A stretch of 64,000 nt of DNA from an uncultured delta proteobacterium (lineage in GTDB: Bacteria; Desulfobacterota; Binatia; Binatales; Binataceae): assembly GCA_963744545.1 (NCBI GenBank), contig CAVUUH010000044.1, positions 135,343 through 199,342 of the forward strand, read 5' to 3'. A program made the translations under genes and the position numbers. The first letter of the stretch is position 1, and every line of letters starts with the position of its first letter. A model generated the notes under the pieces. The model was not told the origin of the DNA. It did no database searches and saw only the letters and a list, made by a program, of their open reading frames with translations. Positions 57,835 to 64,000 of this stretch are shown in pieces.

Positions 57835-58197
57835 CTACTTCACGGATTCTACTACTAAGTATTCCGTGCCGTTCTTGTTGTATTCCTTGCCGGTCACTGT
57901 TACCTCGTCTTCCATTCGCGAGATCACGCTTTGCGGAAGCGGGGACGCATCCTTGTTGGGTAGCAGGATATAGGACTTCTCGGTGCCTTTTTCGATGAGG
58001 GTCACTGGAATTCCCGCGGATGCGCATTTGATTGCGCATTGTTTGTGGCCGGAGCCTTTCGCGCCCATCGTGCCGTAGCAGTAGGCGTCTTCGAGATTGC
58101 CGGTGACGGATGTTGGGGCGCTATCGGCGGCGATAGCCATGCCGGCGAGTCCTACTATCGCGACGAGTCCTAGTCCAAATTTCGCTAGCCTATTCAT
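57835..58197 (-). CDS. Small secreted protein with Cys/His cluster
   Basis: Signal peptide MNRLAKFGLGLVAIVGLAGMAIAAD; CYGTMGAKGSGHKQCAIKC; GGAG RBS. Confidence 0.55.
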   Translation of the reverse strand: MNRLAKFGLGLVAIVGLAGMAIAADSAPTSVTGNLEDAYCYGTMGAKGSGHKQCAIKCASAGIPVTLIEKGTEKSYILLPNKDASPLPQSVISRMEDEVTVTGKEYNKNGTEYLVVESVK

Positions 58198-58221
58198 TTT
58201 CGCACTCCAGATCTTTGGCGC

Positions 58222-58315
58222 GCAGGCCTTTAGGAAAGAAGCAGAATCTTAAATCGCGCGCAGAATAGCGCGCTGTAAAAGGACCCTCACCTTCGATCCT
58301 CTCCCTTACAGGGAG
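58222..58315 (-). repeat. Structured element family 3 (copy A), in 5' leader of secreted-protein gene
   Basis: Reverse complement matches 12865-12955 incl. CCCCTCTCCC/GGGAGAGG hairpin and GC hairpin with stem-preserving loop changes. Confidence 0.6.
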
Positions 58316-58374
58316 AGGGGAAGAAATCCGAGCGAGGTCAAGCAAAGGTTTCCGCCTCAGAAAGTAGAAACAAA

Positions 58375-58575
58375 CTAGTGCGAGGATGCGTGGAGCATGC
58401 AATGGGCGCCCATGGTGTGGCTGCCACCGCTGCAGCATGACGCGCTGGGGCAGCATCCTTGCTTCTTCACGCAGCATTCGGGGGTGTCTGACGCGCGAGT
58501 GCCGCTGGCGGAAGAGAGCGCATAGGGGGCGGCCATCACGGTCGCGAGGATTGCCATCAGTGCGAATTTCTTCAT
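58375..58575 (-). CDS. Small secreted Cys/His-rich peptide (66 aa), candidate metal-binding or RiPP-like precursor
   Basis: AAGGAGG RBS; signal peptide MKKFALMAILATVMAAPYALSSASG; core ECCVKKQGCCPSASCCSGGSHTMGAHCMLHASSH (three CC pairs, 4 His). Confidence 0.6.
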   Translation of the reverse strand: MKKFALMAILATVMAAPYALSSASGTRASDTPECCVKKQGCCPSASCCSGGSHTMGAHCMLHASSH

Positions 58576-58599
58576 GACGAAGTTCCTCCTTGCTGAAGT

Positions 58600-59547
58600 T
58601 TAACGTCGATAAGAGCGTGCTTCGACGGTCGAGCCGACGTCGCCGCCGCCGAGCAGATCGCGCCATCCTTTGCGGCGTGAGCCGGGCAATTTCGCACCCA
58701 TCTTCTGCAGATGCAGTTCGAGAATCTGCTTGAGCTCTTCGTTGAGACGCTCGATTTCCATTTCCTCGGGCATCCGGGGGCGCGGCTGTCCTTCGGTGAT
58801 TCCACCGCGGCGGCGTCCGTAGAGTTGCTGCAACCGCAACTCCGCCTTTGCGAACATCGCCTTGTACTTGTAGTCGAGGCGGCTAAGCGCGTCGGTCATC
58901 GCGGCCAGCGCCATGAACCGGCGGCGCATCCGCCACCATTCGAACATCGTCAGTATCATCGCGCCGAACATGATGAGCGCGCCGATTCCGAGGCTGATGG
59001 CGGTCGCCTTCCACCATGGCAATACCTTGACGCTGCTCTGCAAGTCCTGGTTATCGCCAGTCAGCTGCTGCACCTGTCCTTGGAGTGTCTTGATCTGATC
59101 GGCGGCGGCGTCGGACTTCTGCTCGGCCGCCTGCTGCTGCGCGCTCAGCGTCTCGACCTGGTTCTTGAGGTTGGAGACCTCGGTGGTGAACGGATGCGGA
59201 ACCTTGAGCACCTCGTCGACCTGAAGCTCGTCGTCGACATGCATCCGGTTGGCGCGCGCGAGTTCCTCGGGCGTGATTCCGAACATCGACGCGATTGCGC
59301 CAATAGTGTCGCCGGGGCGAATCGTGTAGGGAATCATGTTCGCTGGCTTGACGGGCTTCGGCGCGGATTGGTCGGTGGGCTGATCAGTGTCGCTGGGCGA
59401 ACGCACGATTCGCGCGGGCGGCGATGACGGAGGGATGGTGCTCTCGTTAAAGTCGGCTTGCGCGAACGCAAGTCCGCACCCGGCAACGATAAACGTCACC
59501 GCGAGGGCAAGTTTTGAAAAAGCCGATCTATACCGTCGCACGCTCAT
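58600..59547 (-). CDS. LysM-domain protein with signal peptide, coiled coil and one TM helix
   Basis: LysM YTIRPGDTIGAIASMFGITPEELARANRM; Q-rich coiled coil; TM ISLGIGALIMFGAMILTMF. Confidence 0.8.
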   Translation of the reverse strand: MSVRRYRSAFSKLALAVTFIVAGCGLAFAQADFNESTIPPSSPPARIVRSPSDTDQPTDQSAPKPVKPANMIPYTIRPGDTIGAIASMFGITPEELARANRMHVDDELQVDEVLKVPHPFTTEVSNLKNQVETLSAQQQAAEQKSDAAADQIKTLQGQVQQLTGDNQDLQSSVKVLPWWKATAISLGIGALIMFGAMILTMFEWWRMRRRFMALAAMTDALSRLDYKYKAMFAKAELRLQQLYGRRRGGITEGQPRPRMPEEMEIERLNEELKQILELHLQKMGAKLPGSRRKGWRDLLGGGDVGSTVEARSYRR

Positions 59548-59621
59548 GAGGGACCCTTTGCCTGCGAACCGCTTCCAGTATCCATCAGATTAAGCCTACC
59601 GTCTAGGTTGTAGCAGATACG

Positions 59622-60599
59622 CTACGGCCGGGTCGGCGGATGCAAAGCGGCGTAGGCGGCGCCAACCACGCCGCCGCGAGGACCCAGAGCGGCACGCACA
59701 ATCCGGGCCTGCGCGGCGATCGCGGTGAAGGCTCGCGCGCGGACCTGGGCGGTCATGGTTTTGCGCATATAGGGGAGGGCGCCAGCGACGCCGCCGCCGA
59801 GCACGACCAGCTCGGGGTTGAAGGTATTGAGAAACGACGCGATTGCGATTCCGAGATAGTGGCCGGCGGTGGCGAAGGCCTCGAGCGCGAGCTGGTCGCC
59901 GCGACGAGCCTGGGCGGAGAGACCGCGCACGGAAAAATTACCTTCGGCATCAACGATTTGAACTGGCAACGGCTCACCGGGCGGCAAGCCGAGGCGCTGT
60001 TCGACGAGACCGCGCAGGCCGGACGCCGAGGCGTAGGCCTCGAGGCATCCATGCGAGCCGCAATCGCATGGGGGGCCGTCGGGATTTACAGTCACGTGGC
60101 CGAGTTCGCCGGCCATGCCACTGCGGCCGTGAACGAGCTTGCCGCCGACGATCAATCCGCCGCCCACTCCCGTGCCGAGCGTCAGCAGCACGACGTCACG
60201 ACGTCCGCGCGCGGCGCCGCGCCAATATTCGCCGAGCGCCCATGCGTTGGCGTCATTGTCGAGGACGACCTTACGGCCGATCAGCGCTTCGAGCCTGGTC
60301 CGCAGCGGATACGAGTGCCATGCGGCGACGTGCGGCGCTTGCATCACGGTGCCGGTGTACACGTTGAGGGGACCGGGCACCGCGACACCGATTGCGCGCG
60401 GCGAGCCGTGTCCGCGTCGTCGCGCGGTGTCGAGGAGGTGAAGAGTTTGCGCTGCGATATTTTCAGCGACGTCGGCGGCCTTGCGCGATGCGAGTGACGG
60501 GCCGTGCTCGATCAGCAAGACGTCGCCGGCGACGGATACAGCTGCGCACCGGATATTGGTGCCACCCATATCCAAGCCGACCGCCCATGGGCGCGTCAT
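59622..60599 (-). CDS. ROK-family sugar kinase (glucokinase-like)
   Basis: GLDMGGTNIRCA ATP motif; zinc motif CDCGSHGCLEAY. Confidence 0.85.
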   Translation of the reverse strand: MTRPWAVGLDMGGTNIRCAAVSVAGDVLLIEHGPSLASRKAADVAENIAAQTLHLLDTARRRGHGSPRAIGVAVPGPLNVYTGTVMQAPHVAAWHSYPLRTRLEALIGRKVVLDNDANAWALGEYWRGAARGRRDVVLLTLGTGVGGGLIVGGKLVHGRSGMAGELGHVTVNPDGPPCDCGSHGCLEAYASASGLRGLVEQRLGLPPGEPLPVQIVDAEGNFSVRGLSAQARRGDQLALEAFATAGHYLGIAIASFLNTFNPELVVLGGGVAGALPYMRKTMTAQVRARAFTAIAAQARIVRAALGPRGGVVGAAYAALHPPTRP

Positions 60600-61483
60600 T
60601 TGGCAGGTTCGCCGGGGAACTTCATGAAGGCGAGATATTCGCGATTTCCTGCCGCGCCTTCAATCGGCGATTCGAGGGTGCCGACCACATCGAGGCCGAT
60701 CTTCTCGGCGAACTCGACGATGCCCGCGACCGCTTCGCGCCGCAGCTTCTCATCCTTGACGACGCCGCCCTTGCCGACCTTACCCTTGCCGACTTCGAAC
60801 TGCGGCTTGATCAGCGCCACTATCTCGGCACGCGGCGCGACCAGCGCCAGCACCGCGGGAATCACGAGACGCAGCGAGATGAAGCTGGTGTCGATGGTGA
60901 CGAGCTCGGGCGCGTGCGGCAAATCGGTGGGCGAGGCGAGGCGGATGTTCATGCGGTCGAGGACGGTGACGCGGGGATCCTCGCGGAGCTTGAGGGCGAG
61001 CTGGCCGTAGCCGACGTCCATCGCGACGACGGCCTTGGCGCCGCGGCGCAGGAGCACGTCGGTGAAGCCGCCGGTGGAGGCGCCGACGTCCATCGCGAGC
61101 TTATTTTCTACCGAGATGCCGAAGTGCTCGAGCGCGGCGATCAGCTTGTACGCTCCGCGGGAAGCGAACTGCGGCGCACCGGCCATCAGATCGATCGGCG
61201 TCTCGGAATCGACCTTGAGGTCGGCTTTGTAGGCCGGGCGCGAGTTTACGCGGACGCGTCCCGCCATGATGAGGCGTTGCGCGATTTCGCGACTGTCTGC
61301 CAGACCGCGGCGCGCCATTTCGGCGTCGAGCCGGAAGCGGGCCAGCGGCGCGGACGCGCGCCGGGTGCGGGTTTTGGCCTTGGGCTTCGCGCCGGAACCG
61401 TTGTTAGAAGGGTGTTTCGTCGTCGTCCTCTGCGCCGGCGGGGTTTTCGTTTTCGTTTTTTTCACTCTCTGACGATGGTTCAA
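60596..61483 (-). CDS. tlyA: TlyA-family rRNA 2'-O-methyltransferase; true start probably downstream of 61483
   Basis: S4 domain RFRLDAEMARRGLADSREIAQRLI, MT motif MDVGASTGGFTD; annotated ORF has Lys/Thr-rich 46-aa extension overlapping xseB. Confidence 0.8.
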   Translation of the reverse strand: MNHRQRVKKTKTKTPPAQRTTTKHPSNNGSGAKPKAKTRTRRASAPLARFRLDAEMARRGLADSREIAQRLIMAGRVRVNSRPAYKADLKVDSETPIDLMAGAPQFASRGAYKLIAALEHFGISVENKLAMDVGASTGGFTDVLLRRGAKAVVAMDVGYGQLALKLREDPRVTVLDRMNIRLASPTDLPHAPELVTIDTSFISLRLVIPAVLALVAPRAEIVALIKPQFEVGKGKVGKGGVVKDEKLRREAVAGIVEFAEKIGLDVVGTLESPIEGAAGNREYLAFMKFPGEPAK

Positions 61484-61700
61484 AGGACGCCGTGCGCAGT
61501 TCGCCGCCGGCGCTCCGCGTTAGCAGTTCGACCTTGCGCTCGACCTCGTCGAGTTTCCCATTGAGCGCCTTCACCAGCATCACGCCGCGTTCGAAGGCTC
61601 CGATCGATTCGTCGAGGGTGAGCTCTCCCGAATCGATCTGACTGACAATCGTCTCAAGTTCCTTGAGCTCTTCCTCAAATTTTTTCGGCTTCGTACTCAT
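61404..61700 (-). CDS. xseB: Exodeoxyribonuclease VII small subunit
   Basis: FEEELKELETIVSQIDSGELTLDESIGAFERGVMLVKALNGKLDEVERKVELL; acidic C-terminal tail. Confidence 0.85.
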   Translation of the reverse strand: MSTKPKKFEEELKELETIVSQIDSGELTLDESIGAFERGVMLVKALNGKLDEVERKVELLTRSAGGELRTASFEPSSESEKNENENPAGAEDDDETPF

Positions 61701-61703
61701 CGT

Positions 61704-63059
61704 CTACAGAGACCGGCCGGTCGCACGCGCACTGAGCCGTCCCTTCGCCAGCCTGATATCGAGCTCGTCGTCGAACTTCACCGATGCGGCGTCGAGCACC
61801 GCGCGCGAATTTGTTTTGTTGATCACGACGGAGTAGCCGCGGTCGAGAACTTTCAGCGGCGACAGTGCGTCGAGGCGTCCAGCCTGCGCGCCGAGTTGCC
61901 GGCGTTTGGCTTCCAGAGCGGACGCGACACCATGAACAAGATTGTTACGGAGCCTGACGGTGCGAAGGCGCAGGTCGCGTACAGCAGCGTCAGGACTGCG
62001 AAGACGCAGACGCAATTCGCGGACACTGCGACGACCTTCCGCGATGCGCGATGACACCGCCTCGGCGAGGTCGGCGTCAAGGCCGGAGACGCGATTGCGC
62101 GCGTCGGCGACAATGCCGCCGGGATGGCGGATGCGATCCGCCAGGTCGTCCACTGATTCACGGCGGCCCAACAGTTCGCGACCCATCACACTCGCGAGCG
62201 ACGCGCCGAGCGATTCGACGCGCTCCTTCAACTCGACCAGGCTCGGCACCACCAACTGCGCGGCCGCGGTGGGAGTTGGGGCGCGCAGATCAGCGACGAA
62301 ATCGGCGATAGTGTAGTCGACTTCGTGGCCGACGGCGGAAATTACCGGAATCAGCGATCGGAAAATCGCGCGGGCGACGACCTCTTCGTTGAAGGCCCAC
62401 AAATCTTCGAGCGAGCCGCCGCCGCGTCCGACGATCAGCACCTCGGCGCGGCCGTCGCGATTGAGGTCGGCGATCGCGTCGGCGATCTCCTGCGCGGAAC
62501 CATCGCCCTGCACTCTAGCGGGCCGGAAAATCACCTGCACGCTCGGGAAGCGATCGAACAGGATGCGCAGCATGTCGCGGAGTCCGGCGCCGCCGCGCGC
62601 CGTCACGATTCCAATCCGGCGGGGCAGGAACGGCATCGCGCGTTTGCGCGCACGATCGAATAGTCCTTCGGCTTCGAGCCGCCGCTTCAACTGCTCGAAC
62701 GCGACCTGCAACGCGCCGACGCCTCGCGGCTCCATCTCCTCTGCGTAAAGTTGCAGCGCGCCGCGCTGTTCGAAGACCTGAACGCGGCCACGAACGATCA
62801 CTTCCATCCCGTCAACGACTTTGAACCGCATCCGCTGGAAAGCGGATTTGAACATCACGACGTTGATCGAGCAGTGCGAGTCTTTGAGCGTGAAATAAAA
62901 ATGATTGGATGGCGCCAGCCGGGCGTTCGAGATCTCGCCGACCACCCAGCTCTCGCCGAGGCCGGCGTCGAGCGTGTCGCGCACCATCCGCACCAGGTCC
63001 GATACTGTGATTAGACCCGTGCGATGGCCGCGCAAGGAGAGATTGAGCTGGCCCGCCAT
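61704..63059 (-). CDS. xseA: Exodeoxyribonuclease VII large subunit
   Basis: N-terminal OB fold VVGEISNARLAPSNHFYFTLKD, catalytic core and C-terminal coiled region; 451 aa. Confidence 0.9.
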   Translation of the reverse strand: MAGQLNLSLRGHRTGLITVSDLVRMVRDTLDAGLGESWVVGEISNARLAPSNHFYFTLKDSHCSINVVMFKSAFQRMRFKVVDGMEVIVRGRVQVFEQRGALQLYAEEMEPRGVGALQVAFEQLKRRLEAEGLFDRARKRAMPFLPRRIGIVTARGGAGLRDMLRILFDRFPSVQVIFRPARVQGDGSAQEIADAIADLNRDGRAEVLIVGRGGGSLEDLWAFNEEVVARAIFRSLIPVISAVGHEVDYTIADFVADLRAPTPTAAAQLVVPSLVELKERVESLGASLASVMGRELLGRRESVDDLADRIRHPGGIVADARNRVSGLDADLAEAVSSRIAEGRRSVRELRLRLRSPDAAVRDLRLRTVRLRNNLVHGVASALEAKRRQLGAQAGRLDALSPLKVLDRGYSVVINKTNSRAVLDAASVKFDDELDIRLAKGRLSARATGRSL

Positions 63060-63163
63060 TAGTCGATTAGCTTATCAGAACGGGTTGCCGGGCACCTATA
63101 TGGCGGATTAGACAGGCTTTTCGACGCATCCGGCCCAGATAGAGGGAATCGGAACTTATTGTA

Positions 63164-63243
63164 GTGAAACTCGCGGTGGATTTCACACTTCCTTCGGCAG
63201 GGGTGACCTCCTTCGGCTTCGCTCAGGACAGGCACTGCACCCA
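63164..63243. repeat. REP-like element family 2, copy 3 with insertion in second hairpin
   Basis: gtgaaactcgcggtggatttcacacttccttcggcaggggtgacc[..insert..]tgcaccc. Confidence 0.65.
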
Positions 63244-63270
63244 GTGATAGGAAATCGCGATGACTTTAGT

Positions 63271-63343
63271 GGCACAGGCTTAAGCCTGTGATTTTCTGGT
63301 CCATGCCAATCCAGGAAAGAATCACAGGCTGAAGCCTGTGCCA
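63271..63343. repeat. Twin perfect hairpins flanking a 36-nt spacer
   Basis: cacaggcttaagcctgtg and cacaggctgaagcctgtg, each a perfect 7-bp stem; unique in window. Confidence 0.5.
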
Positions 63344-63394
63344 CGTGGGTTCCGGGGTTCAAGCTGCACACCAGCAAGTTCACCTTTTGAAAAT

Positions 63395-63973
63395 TTAGAT
63401 GAGCTTTTCCACGATTGTGCGCGCGAGGGGCTCGCGATGTCGCATACGGCCGAGATAAGGGACTTTGATTTGTTGGAGTGAGGCGGCGTTAACCGCTGGA
63501 GTTGGATCGCAGTCGCAGAGGATGTAACCGGTTATCTTTAGTCCGCGGGTCTCGCAGCGTTGGATCATTAGCATTGCTGCATCGGCGTATCCGGGGCGGT
63601 TTCCTACTATCAGGATTAGTTCGAGGTCGAGGGTTGCGGCTATGTCCGCGAAATCGATCAGGTCTGAGCCTTCGACTATCACGACGTCGCTTTGCGCGGC
63701 GATTTTGTTGAAGCATTTGGAGATGTGGGTTAGATCGGGCGCATCCGCAGATGCGGGAGTTGCTGCGTATCGATAGGGGCAGATCAAATCCATCGGCATT
63801 GTGGAGCCGACGGCGAGTGCCAGTGCTTGCGCATCCTGAGAGTCGAGGGTGTCGACTGGCTTCATCACGCCGACGCGCAGACCGCGGGCTCGCATCGCGA
63901 ATCCCAGCGCGCATCCGATTGTGGTTTTGCCTACGCGTGGGCTCGTGCCCGTGATGAGGAATCGTCGTGCCAT
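63395..63973 (-). CDS. bioD: Dethiobiotin synthetase
   Basis: P-loop LITGTSPRVGKT (BioD TGTDTxVGKT-type), 192 aa. Confidence 0.8.
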   Translation of the reverse strand: MARRFLITGTSPRVGKTTIGCALGFAMRARGLRVGVMKPVDTLDSQDAQALALAVGSTMPMDLICPYRYAATPASADAPDLTHISKCFNKIAAQSDVVIVEGSDLIDFADIAATLDLELILIVGNRPGYADAAMLMIQRCETRGLKITGYILCDCDPTPAVNAASLQQIKVPYLGRMRHREPLARTIVEKLI

Positions 63974-64000
63974 GGAGTGATCAGCCTGCGGATTGAAGCT

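Noticed and set aside
59640-61564. 285-aa and 390-aa plus-strand ORFs
   Set aside because: Antisense shadows of the ROK kinase and tlyA genes.
1-64000. CRISPR arrays, rRNA genes, riboswitch-like leaders
   Set aside because: No short regularly spaced direct repeats, no rRNA-like conserved stretches and no recognisable riboswitch cores were seen. The only tRNA is at 39531.

Overview
This is a high-GC bacterial chromosomal segment with about 60 protein-coding genes, one tRNA and several mobile or repetitive elements. No rRNA or CRISPR array was seen. Most minus-strand partners of real genes carry long antisense shadow ORFs (listed under rejections). Coordinates I derived by hand may be off by 1-2 nt.

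Main features:
- hrcA-grpE-dnaK-dnaJ operon with no canonical CIRCE operator found.
- Transketolase, aroE, pyrE, beta-class carbonic anhydrase, xseA/xseB, tlyA and bioD housekeeping genes.
- TetR-controlled operon: SDR, GPH-family transporter, Tat-exported BBE-like FAD oxidase.
- Minus-strand operon: GPH transporter, nucleotidyltransferase, M20 amidohydrolase, sulfotransferase.
- Type III polyketide synthase followed by an ICMT-family membrane methyltransferase (apparently frameshifted) and a DUF1614-like membrane protein, resembling srsAB/bpsAB phenolic-lipid loci.
- Accessory island next to an initiator-type tRNA-Met: SAM methyltransferase, IS3 transposase remnant, 5'-truncated hypothetical gene, intact IS21 element (istA/istB).
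- Sulfonate-sulfur cluster: tauD-like dioxygenase, ssuD-like pseudogene with an internal deletion, intact LLM monooxygenase, ssuE-like FMN reductase, Rrf2 regulator.
- Two toxin-antitoxin loci: mazEF-like with a palindromic operator, and an RHH antitoxin with a decayed VapC.
- Small secreted Cys/His-rich peptide in an operon with another secreted Cys protein and a DUF2231 membrane protein.
- Three families of dispersed palindromic non-coding repeats, each confined to one kind of intergenic position.

Several genes show frame disruptions (806-aa secreted protein, ICMT methyltransferase, ssuD remnant, VapC). This suggests either real gene decay or assembly indels. Taxonomy is not assignable from this window alone.
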